From an uncultured Bacteroidales bacterium (GTDB lineage: Bacteria; Bacteroidota; Bacteroidia; Bacteroidales; FEN-979), in the NCBI GenBank assembly GCA_903828645.1, contig CAIKNA010000338.1, positions 1,468-65,467 of the forward strand: 64,000 bases of DNA, in the 5' to 3' direction. Positions within the stretch are counted from its first letter, which is position 1. Every line of letters begins with the position of its first letter. A program made the position numbers and the translations under genes. Positions 53,534 to 61,138 of the stretch are shown here, one piece after another. The notes beneath the pieces were generated by a model. That model was not told where the DNA came from. It did not search any database and was given only the letters and a program-made list of their open reading frames with translations.

Positions 53534-55036
53534 ATGAAAAAAAATCTACCAAAAAGTATGTTTATAGTGATCCTGATGATCCTTCTGTCAGGTTCATTAA
53601 GTGCCCAGGTCTATAGTTTCCAGGAAGGTTTTGCAACAAATGCACCTCCTGCCGGCTGGATCACAACCAATGTGGCATGGTCAACCCTGCACAATAACGG
53701 GTTATATACTGGCGCCTATGCAGCCAAACTAAAGCCCAACGAGTCCTTCCTGATATGCAAGGCCGTCAATACCGCCGACATGCTTCAGTATTATTGCCAG
53801 GTGCGGGATACCACGGCAGCAACCAATTTTCACCTGATGATCGAGAAATCGACCGATAAGCTGACGTGGACAGAAATAAGTAAAGATCCGTTCAATAAAG
53901 CAGACACGAACTGGCAGGTGATGAATTTATCTGTAAAGGATAATTCCCCGGTACTTTACATCCGGTTTCATGCAACCGCGCTGGGCGGAACTGCGACTCT
54001 CGGACTCTGTTACATCGACGATGTGAGCATTACCAAACTGGCGGTATCCCCAACAGATGCCACCCTGACCGATTTTACTTACAACAGTACAACCGTGGAT
54101 GGATTTGCCGCGACTACGCTTAACTACGCGGTTGAAGTGCCATACTTTGTTTCACAGGTGGCCATGGGAGGAACACCCAATAATCCGGCGGCCACCATGA
54201 CCATCACTAACCCGACCTACTTACGCGGGACTGAAGCTGAGCGTACCGGCAAAATTGTTGTGCATGCCTCTGATGGGGTGACCACCAAGACCTATTCGAT
54301 CGTATTTACAGTTTCAAAATACATTTACAAGACCGGATTTGTAACGACCGGATCAGCCATTGTCCCATTTGAAGGCTGGACCACCAGTTATACCCTGGTC
54401 TCCACGACCATTCCGATGGGAGATCATGGTACATTTCCAGGAACTGCTGCTTTCAAGTTTATCCGCGGTCAAACCGATAAAGTCGGATACCTTAATACTG
54501 CAAAATATGTAAAATCAGACACGCTTGATTTCTGGCTTGCTGTTGACCAGGGTGACGGCGTGGAGCATATGCTGATCGAAAAACGTGTTCTCGGCGGAAT
54601 AAAGGTGACGGTAGGCAACATCAATGCCACCGATATGGGTCCCGACTGGAAAGAATTCAAATACCCAATCAAGACAGACGACAGCACCGAGATCATCTTC
54701 ACTCCAACCATAACTCCTGAAAGCCTGGTGACCAGGATTTTCATGGATGATCTGAGTCTTACCGGAAAACCGGTTATCGGGGGCATCACAAAAGTTACAG
54801 GAAAGGCAAACATGTCTTTCTACCCGAACCCAGCCACCGATTATATCACGGTGAGCATAAATGATCCTGCTTTCCATTCTGTTGATCTTTATGACATTAC
54901 TGGAAAAAGGGTCTTTTCAGCCGAAGTCAGTGGAGAGGGAATCAACATCGACCTGCGAGTTTACCCGAGGGGGATTTATTTCGTAACCTGCAGGAATAAT
55001 GAATGCGTTACCACAGGGAAATTTATTAAAAATTAA
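53534..55036 (+). CDS. T9SS cargo without recognisable catalytic domain: two MAM/CBM-like beta-sandwich modules flanking a cadherin-like module, type-A CTD
   Basis: 500 aa with a signal peptide. FQEGFATNAPPAGW...LMIEKSTDKLTWTEIS...CYIDDVSIT is homologous to FKEGFVTFPPVNW...LYIEKSTNGGSTWTTLS...FYIDDVSLT in 40781-45589. The cadherin-like part starts TDATLTDFTYNSTTVDGF. The CTD reads MSFYPNPATDYITVSI...GIYFVTCRN. Confidence 0.75.
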   Translation: MKKNLPKSMFIVILMILLSGSLSAQVYSFQEGFATNAPPAGWITTNVAWSTLHNNGLYTGAYAAKLKPNESFLICKAVNTADMLQYYCQVRDTTAATNFHLMIEKSTDKLTWTEISKDPFNKADTNWQVMNLSVKDNSPVLYIRFHATALGGTATLGLCYIDDVSITKLAVSPTDATLTDFTYNSTTVDGFAATTLNYAVEVPYFVSQVAMGGTPNNPAATMTITNPTYLRGTEAERTGKIVVHASDGVTTKTYSIVFTVSKYIYKTGFVTTGSAIVPFEGWTTSYTLVSTTIPMGDHGTFPGTAAFKFIRGQTDKVGYLNTAKYVKSDTLDFWLAVDQGDGVEHMLIEKRVLGGIKVTVGNINATDMGPDWKEFKYPIKTDDSTEIIFTPTITPESLVTRIFMDDLSLTGKPVIGGITKVTGKANMSFYPNPATDYITVSINDPAFHSVDLYDITGKRVFSAEVSGEGINIDLRVYPRGIYFVTCRNNECVTTGKFIKN

Positions 55037-55060
55037 ACAGGCATCCGAAAAACCACATTC

Positions 55061-55132
55061 GCACAAAAGACGCTAAGACGCTAAGAATTATGTAATTGAA
55101 CTGATATTCCTGGCATCTTGGCGTTTTTGCGC
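55061..55132 (+). terminator. Long imperfect hairpin between the T9SS-cargo block and the GH2 gene
   Basis: The left arm GCACAAAAGACGCTAAGACGCTAAG (contains a GACGCTAA direct duplication) pairs imperfectly with the right arm GGCATCTTGGCGTTTTTGCGC. The loop is about 26 nt. No clean T run follows, so a terminator role is uncertain. Confidence 0.35.
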
Positions 55133-55159
55133 TTTAAACTTTACCCCTGATTCCTGATT

Positions 55160-57022
55160 ATGAATAAATGTATAACAACCAGGCTCTGCGGATTCATTAT
55201 AATCCTCTCAGTTTTTCTGTGCTATCCCGTAATCAGAAGTCAGGGGCAGACCCCCTTGATACAGAATATCAATAACCGGGCGGTTCTCTCCCTCAACGGA
55301 AAATGGAACTACATCATTGATCCCTATGAAATGGGTTACTATGACTATCGTGCCATACCTTTTGATGAGAATCCCAAACCTCAGGACAGGGCTTTTTATA
55401 CCAATGCAAAACCGAAGGATAAATCTGAGCGGATCGAATACGATTTTGACAAATCACCCACTCTTTTGGTTCCCAGGGACTGGAATTCACAGGATGAGAA
55501 ACTGTTGTATTATGAAGGGACCATCTGGTATAAAAAATCATTCAATTATCATAAAGACGCGGCAGGAAACAGGGTTTTTCTCCATTTTGGCGCCGTGAAC
55601 TACCGTGCCGATGTTTATCTGAATGGGAAAAAACTCGGCTACCACAAAGGCGGGTTCACTCCCTTTAATTTCGAGATCACCGACCTGGTTGCAGAGAAAG
55701 ATAATTTCGTCATTTTAAGGGTCTGTAACACCCGGAAAGCCGAGGAGGTTCCCACACTCAATACCGACTGGTGGAATTATGGTGGAATTACCCGGGATGT
55801 CAACGTTGCAGAGACCCCTGCTGTATTTATCTGCGACTATTTTCTGCAATTGAAAAAAGGTTCGGGAGATGTACTTAAAGGGTACGTGAAGCTTAACGGA
55901 CAAGGCATTTCAGGAAAAGAGGTCAGGTTGACCATCCCGGAGATGAAGTTTGAAAAAACCGTCATAACCGACGATGCAGGATTTGCGGCCATTGAAGTCG
56001 CCGTCCCGGGGTTACACCGCTGGTCGCCTGAGGATCCTTACCTTTATGATGTGAAGATCAGCACATCGATGGATGCAGTTACCGACAGGATCGGTTTCAG
56101 GATGGTCGAAACAAGCGGGATGGATATCCTGCTTAACGGTAAACCTGTTTTTCTCCGGGGGATCAGCATTCATGAAGAAAACGCCATCCGGGGAGGAAGG
56201 GCATATTCCAGGGAGGATGCCATTATGCTGCTTACCTGGGCAAGGGAACTGGGGTGTAATTTTGTGCGGCTTGCACACTATCCCCATAATGAAAACCTGG
56301 CAAGGGTTGCCGATGAGATGGGAATCATGGTTTGGGAGGAAAACCCCGTTTACTGGACCATCCAGTGGACAAACCAGGAGACCTTCAATACTGCGGCAAC
56401 TCAGTTGAAAGAGATGATTTCCAGGGACAAAAACCGGGCTTCGGTCATCGTATGGTCGATGGCCAACGAGACCCCGGTCACACCTGAGAGACTGACATTT
56501 CTGAAAAATCTCGCCGATACGGCCAGGAGCATCGACAACGTTCGCCTTATCAGTGCCGCATTGGAACAACATGGTACGCCCGGGAATGAACTGGTCAGGA
56601 CCATTGAGGACCCTTTCGCTCAGTATGTCGACCTCGTGAGTTTTAACGAATACATCGGATGGTACGACGGACTGCCTGACAAGTGCAGGAAAATAGAATG
56701 GAATATCCTTTTTAAAAAACCGGTGTTTATTTCCGAATTCGGTGCGGATGCGCTTGGTGGGATGCACGGCGACAGCCTGACCCGATGGTCGGAGGAGTAC
56801 CAGCAATATATGTACAGGGAGACACTGGGGATGATTGGAAAAATTCCGCAGTTGCGTGGATGTTCTCCATGGATTCTGGTGGACTTCAGGTCGCCGAGGA
56901 GGGTTTTACCCGGGATCCAGGATGGCTGGAACCGCAAGGGACTCATCTCGGAAACGGGAAACAAGAAAAAAGCATTTTACACGTTGAAAGAATTTTACGA
57001 AACAATCAGCAAAAAGTACTGA
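55160..57022 (+). CDS. GH2-family glycosidase, probably beta-glucuronidase
   Basis: 620 aa with a signal peptide. Motifs are VYLNGKKLGYHKGGFTPFNFEITD, WSMANE (acid/base Glu) and FISEFGADA (nucleophile Glu). The C-terminal GWNRKGL carries the N-x-K motif that contacts the glucuronate carboxylate in GUS enzymes (E. coli GGNKKGI). Confidence 0.8.
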   Translation: MNKCITTRLCGFIIILSVFLCYPVIRSQGQTPLIQNINNRAVLSLNGKWNYIIDPYEMGYYDYRAIPFDENPKPQDRAFYTNAKPKDKSERIEYDFDKSPTLLVPRDWNSQDEKLLYYEGTIWYKKSFNYHKDAAGNRVFLHFGAVNYRADVYLNGKKLGYHKGGFTPFNFEITDLVAEKDNFVILRVCNTRKAEEVPTLNTDWWNYGGITRDVNVAETPAVFICDYFLQLKKGSGDVLKGYVKLNGQGISGKEVRLTIPEMKFEKTVITDDAGFAAIEVAVPGLHRWSPEDPYLYDVKISTSMDAVTDRIGFRMVETSGMDILLNGKPVFLRGISIHEENAIRGGRAYSREDAIMLLTWARELGCNFVRLAHYPHNENLARVADEMGIMVWEENPVYWTIQWTNQETFNTAATQLKEMISRDKNRASVIVWSMANETPVTPERLTFLKNLADTARSIDNVRLISAALEQHGTPGNELVRTIEDPFAQYVDLVSFNEYIGWYDGLPDKCRKIEWNILFKKPVFISEFGADALGGMHGDSLTRWSEEYQQYMYRETLGMIGKIPQLRGCSPWILVDFRSPRRVLPGIQDGWNRKGLISETGNKKKAFYTLKEFYETISKKY

Positions 57023-57873
57023 TGGGACTGTTTAATGCATCATGGGGCAAAGTATTGTCCATTTGCACGCTCCTGACGGCCATTACCGGGTGTGTCTCCA
57101 TGCATGACCAACCTGTCAGGAACATGAGCGGCACTTCAACGTATTCAGTTTCAGGACTGGATATCTACCTGCTGATTGGCCAGTCAAACATGGCCGGGCG
57201 CGCACAGATCCTCGTTCCCGATTTCGATACCCTCTTTGGAACTTTTCTTTTTACCGGCGATAGTGTTCACCCCTGGGAACCGGCTGTGAATCCGCTCAAT
57301 AAATATTCAACGATCAGAAGAGAACTCTCTGTTCAGCAGTTGAGCCCGGGTTATTATTTTGCCAAAACGATGATGGCAAAGGAACCCGCAAAACGTTTAG
57401 GGTTGGTGGTCAACGCACGCGGCGGAACCTCCATCGACCTGTGGGCGCCAGGCACCACATATTTCAAGGATGCTGTCAGTCGCACAAGGCAGGCTTTGCA
57501 CAGCGGGCACCTCAGAGCCATTCTTTGGCACCAGGGTGAATCGGATGTGAAAAAATACCGGGAATACCCTGATAAGATTGTTACCCTGATTGGAGCCCTT
57601 CGCAAAGAGCTGAACAGCCCTGGTCTGCCTTTTATTGCAGGAGAAGTAGCCGAAGAAAAACCGAACCGGGCCGGGTTCAACGTGATGCTGAAAGAAACCT
57701 TGTCGAAGATACCATATACTTCCGTGGTTAGTGTGACCGGATTGACCACATACGATTCCACCCACTTTGACACACGGTCAATGAGGATTCTCGGGGAACG
57801 ATATGCCCTTGAGACAAAGAAAGTACTGGACGGTCAGAAAATGAAAGTAAAACCTACAAAAAAATCAAAATAA
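57022..57873 (+). CDS. SASA-type (sialate O-acetylesterase-like / DUF303, SGNH-like) carbohydrate esterase lipoprotein
   Basis: I use the ATG at 57022 (MGLFNASWGKVLSICTLLTAITGCVS, lipobox), which overlaps the GH2 stop as TGATG. Motifs are LLIGQSNMAGRA and ILWHQGESD. Confidence 0.75.
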   Translation: MGLFNASWGKVLSICTLLTAITGCVSMHDQPVRNMSGTSTYSVSGLDIYLLIGQSNMAGRAQILVPDFDTLFGTFLFTGDSVHPWEPAVNPLNKYSTIRRELSVQQLSPGYYFAKTMMAKEPAKRLGLVVNARGGTSIDLWAPGTTYFKDAVSRTRQALHSGHLRAILWHQGESDVKKYREYPDKIVTLIGALRKELNSPGLPFIAGEVAEEKPNRAGFNVMLKETLSKIPYTSVVSVTGLTTYDSTHFDTRSMRILGERYALETKKVLDGQKMKVKPTKKSK

Positions 57874-57882
57874 CTTTGAAAA

Positions 57883-58734
57883 ATGGATGAAATAACCTTC
57901 AAAGATTTAAACAATACCCTCACGGTGATTACCGGAGGCGCCGGGGTGATCGGAAAAGCGATCGCGCTGGGACTGGCCTCAATCGGGGGCAGGACGGTAA
58001 TACTCGATATTGATCTGGACGCTGCACAGTTCGTTGCAGCCGAAATCACGGAACGTACCGGGAGTTTTTGCATGGGAGTAAAGGCTGATGTGCTGAACAA
58101 ACAGTCATTGCTTGCCGCCAGGGAGACCATACACCGGGAGGCCGGGAAGATTAGCTTCCTGATCAATGGGGCAGGAGGGAACGCGCCGAAGGGAACCACC
58201 CGGCTGGAAGAGATAGTACCTGAGCAGATCCATGACCTGGCAGGAACTTTTTTCGGACTGGAGGTGGAGGGAATGGAGCGCATTTTTGACTTGAATTATT
58301 TCGGAACCATTCTGCCAACGATGGTCTTTGCTGCCGATATGATCGAGGCAGGCAAAGGGGCAATTCTGAATATTTCTTCCCTGAGCGCCTTTCACCCCCT
58401 GACGAAAATACCGGTTTATTCTTCAGCCAAGGCAGCCATTAATAATTTCACGGAATGGCTGGCAGTTCATATGGCTAAAACGGGTGTGCGCGTCAATGCC
58501 ATCGCACCGGGATTCTTCCTGACAAAACAGAACAGGTTCCTCCTGATAGATGAACAATCCGGCAACCTTTTACCCCGTGGCCAGAAAATCATGACCGGTA
58601 CGCCGATGGGACGGTTTGGAACACCCGAGGAACTTGCAGGCCCGGTTGCCTTTCTTCTTTCCGACATGGCGCGCTACATTACCGGCACGGTTATGCTGAT
58701 CGATGGTGGATATAATGCATACAGCGGAGTATGA
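57883..58734 (+). CDS. uxuB: SDR-family D-mannonate oxidoreductase (fructuronate reductase, Bacteroides UxuB type)
   Basis: TGGAGVIGKA; NGAGGNAPKGTT...FFGLEVEGMERIFDLNYFGTILPT; ILNISSLSAF.PLTKIPVYSSAKAAINNFTEWLAVHMA; RVNAIAPGFFLTKQNRFLL; TPMGRFGTPEEL; IDGGYNAYSGV. This is the characteristic pattern of the SDR-type UxuB of Bacteroidota. Confidence 0.7.
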   Translation: MDEITFKDLNNTLTVITGGAGVIGKAIALGLASIGGRTVILDIDLDAAQFVAAEITERTGSFCMGVKADVLNKQSLLAARETIHREAGKISFLINGAGGNAPKGTTRLEEIVPEQIHDLAGTFFGLEVEGMERIFDLNYFGTILPTMVFAADMIEAGKGAILNISSLSAFHPLTKIPVYSSAKAAINNFTEWLAVHMAKTGVRVNAIAPGFFLTKQNRFLLIDEQSGNLLPRGQKIMTGTPMGRFGTPEELAGPVAFLLSDMARYITGTVMLIDGGYNAYSGV

Positions 58735-58753
58735 TCGTGGAAATAATAACAAA

Positions 58754-59833
58754 ATGAGTATGCAACTGAAGAGACAATTTTCCTGGTCATTGCTGGTTCC
58801 AACCAGCATGGGGGTGAGGCTAACCCCGAAAAATGGTCAGCCGGTTCATAGCAGTGATACATTTAAAATGCAGGCAACGAGCGCTGAAACCAATGTTGCC
58901 AGCATCCCTGCATCCTTAGGGCTTCCTGTAAAGGTACTCACCACCTTTGTAAAAGGGAGTCCGGTTGCCCGGTTTATAAAAAACAGCCTGGCAAGCCGGC
59001 ACATGGTTTATGAAGGAAGGGAAGTGGAACAGGGTGGTCCATGGGGATACCGCCACCAGTTCAACATCGCCGACAGCGGTTTTGGCACCCGGGGTCCGCG
59101 CGTGCTCAACGACCGCGCAGGCGAAGTGGGCCGAATCCTGCGTATGAACGATTTTGACCTGGTCCGGATCTTTGAAAAAGAGGGTGTTCAGATCGTGCAC
59201 CTGTCGGGCCTGATCGCTGCCTTATCCCCGGAAACAGGACAATTTTGCCTTGAACTGGCCCGGGCAGCAAAGCGAACCGGATCCCTGATTTCGTTTGACC
59301 TGAATTACCGGGCCTCATTCTGGAAGGACCGTGAAAAAGAGTTGCATGATATCTTCATCGAGATCACTTCAATCTCCAATATCCTTGTTGGGAATGAAGA
59401 GGATTTTCAGCTTTGCCTGGGAATTGAAGGCCCTGAGGCAGGCGGAAAAAGCATCGACGCAGAACTGGAAAGTTTTAAGAAAATGATTATCCGCGCCAGG
59501 CAGGCTTTCCCCGGCGTTTCGGTATTTGCTACCACACTTCGTCAGGTGGTCAGCGCTAACCAGCATTTATGGGGTGCAATCATGCTTGAAGGCGACATCT
59601 GGCATATTGTTGAGCCTCGTGAAATTGCTATCCTTGATCGCATCGGCGGGGGTGATGGATTTGTCGGCGGATTGCTTTACGGGATATTGAAGGAGTGGGA
59701 ACCTGAAAAATGGATACGGTTTGGCTGGGCCAGCGGTGCCCTGGCCACTACATTTTTAACCGACTATGCCCAGCCCGCAGATGAGGAGATGATCTGGAGT
59801 ATCTGGAAAGGGAATGCGAGGGTCAGTCGATAA
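58754..59833 (+). CDS. kdgK: PfkB-family sugar kinase, likely 2-dehydro-3-deoxygluconokinase
   Basis: I use the ATG at 58754, which lies after the uxuB stop. The start reads LLVPTSMGVRLTP. Other features are HLSGLIAALSPETGQFCLELARAAK, FDLNYRASFW and the C-terminal anion-hole motif DRIGGGDGFVGGLLYG. Context is next to uxuB. Confidence 0.7.
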   Translation: MSMQLKRQFSWSLLVPTSMGVRLTPKNGQPVHSSDTFKMQATSAETNVASIPASLGLPVKVLTTFVKGSPVARFIKNSLASRHMVYEGREVEQGGPWGYRHQFNIADSGFGTRGPRVLNDRAGEVGRILRMNDFDLVRIFEKEGVQIVHLSGLIAALSPETGQFCLELARAAKRTGSLISFDLNYRASFWKDREKELHDIFIEITSISNILVGNEEDFQLCLGIEGPEAGGKSIDAELESFKKMIIRARQAFPGVSVFATTLRQVVSANQHLWGAIMLEGDIWHIVEPREIAILDRIGGGDGFVGGLLYGILKEWEPEKWIRFGWASGALATTFLTDYAQPADEEMIWSIWKGNARVSR

Positions 59834-59854
59834 CAGGAAACAGGAAAAATAATT

Positions 59855-61123
59855 ATGATATACTACCAGGGTGGTTCAGCCGGTACAGAGTTTACGCGCG
59901 ACATGCTTTGCAGGGCGCTTTTTGAAGCGCTCGGCAAACTTGGCCCACGGCGTAAAATATTGGTGATCCCGCCCGATTTTACCAGGTTTCATTCACATGC
60001 AGGGATTCTTACCGAAATGATCTGGGAATACTATGTTGATGCGGTGTCCGACATCCTCCCGGCTCTTGGAACCCATGTGGCCATGGCGGAAAGTGAACTT
60101 GATACGATGTTCGGGAAGGTACCCCATTCGCTTTTCCGGGTACACGACTGGAGGAATGATACGGTGACACTGGGAGAGGTGCCGGCTGAGTTTGTGAACA
60201 GGGTTTCTGAAGGAAAGGTTAGTTTTGCCTGGCCGGCGCAGGTCAACAAACTTTTAACCGGAGGCGGATTCGACCTCATTCTTTCTATTGGGCAGGTTGT
60301 ACCCCACGAGGTGATCGGGATGGCCAATTACAACAAGAACATTTTTGTCGGTACCGGCGGACGCGAAGGGATCAATAAAAGCCATTTCCTGGGAGCTGCC
60401 TATGGAATGGAACGAATCATGGGCAAAGCGGACAATCCGGTGCGGCAGGTGCTTAACTATGCCGCAGAACATTTCACAGTTGATTTGCCAATCGTATATG
60501 TCCATACGGTCGTATCAAAATCATCAGGAGGAATCCCGGGCGTGAACGGATTGTTTATCGGGAATGATCATGAATGCTTTACAAATGCCGCTGCGCTTTC
60601 GCTGGAGGTCAATTTTGAAAGGGTGAGCGAACCCCTGGAAAAGGTGGTCGTTTATCTTGATCCGGAAGAGTTTAAAAGTACCTGGCTTGGCAACAAAAGC
60701 ATATACCGGACAAGGATGGCCATTGCCAACGGCGGCGAACTCATCGTTCTTGGCCCGGGGATCCGTACCTTTGGAGAGGACAAGGAGATCGACCGCCTGA
60801 TCCGGAAATATGGATACAAAACCACACCTGAGATTCTTGAGTTTGTCAGGCAAAATGATGACCTGGCTCGGAACCTGAGTGCTGCCGCACATCTGATCCA
60901 TGGATCATCGGAAAATCGTTTTACTATCACGTATTGTCCCGGACATATGTCACAGGAAGAGATTAATGGAGTGAATTTTGAATACGCTGATCTCCACATG
61001 ATGATGCAAAGATACAATCCGGCCATGCTTCACGATGGGTACAACCAGGTTGGAAATGAACGGATATTCTATATTTCCAATCCGGCCCTTGGTTTGTGGG
61101 CCCATTCGAGCAGACTGACATAA
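59855..61123 (+). CDS. LarA-like (lactate racemase N-terminal domain / DUF2088 superfamily) protein, putative sugar-acid epimerase
   Basis: 422 aa. ILVIPPDFTRFHS resembles the LarA ..D.TRP.. strand. GQVVPHEVIGMANYNKNIFVGTGGREGINKSH lines up by eye with the LarA segment carrying catalytic His, cofactor-tethering Lys and Ni-ligand His. The assignment is by pattern only. Confidence 0.45.
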   Translation: MIYYQGGSAGTEFTRDMLCRALFEALGKLGPRRKILVIPPDFTRFHSHAGILTEMIWEYYVDAVSDILPALGTHVAMAESELDTMFGKVPHSLFRVHDWRNDTVTLGEVPAEFVNRVSEGKVSFAWPAQVNKLLTGGGFDLILSIGQVVPHEVIGMANYNKNIFVGTGGREGINKSHFLGAAYGMERIMGKADNPVRQVLNYAAEHFTVDLPIVYVHTVVSKSSGGIPGVNGLFIGNDHECFTNAAALSLEVNFERVSEPLEKVVVYLDPEEFKSTWLGNKSIYRTRMAIANGGELIVLGPGIRTFGEDKEIDRLIRKYGYKTTPEILEFVRQNDDLARNLSAAAHLIHGSSENRFTITYCPGHMSQEEINGVNFEYADLHMMMQRYNPAMLHDGYNQVGNERIFYISNPALGLWAHSSRLT

Positions 61124-61138
61124 TAAAATTCCAGGGAA

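Noticed and set aside
56012-56806. Long antisense or alternate-frame ORFs inside well-supported genes. Examples: 56012-56806(-), 2714-3271(-), 3271-3675(-), 28200-28670(-), 30529-31002(-), 46176-46640(-), 62678-63232(-), 57834-58283(-), 60524-60901(-), 42664-43089(+), 7225-7644(+).
   Set aside because: These are shadow ORFs. Each lies wholly within a gene whose translation carries clear family motifs. Their own translations are low-complexity or Arg/Pro/Ser-rich with no recognisable features.
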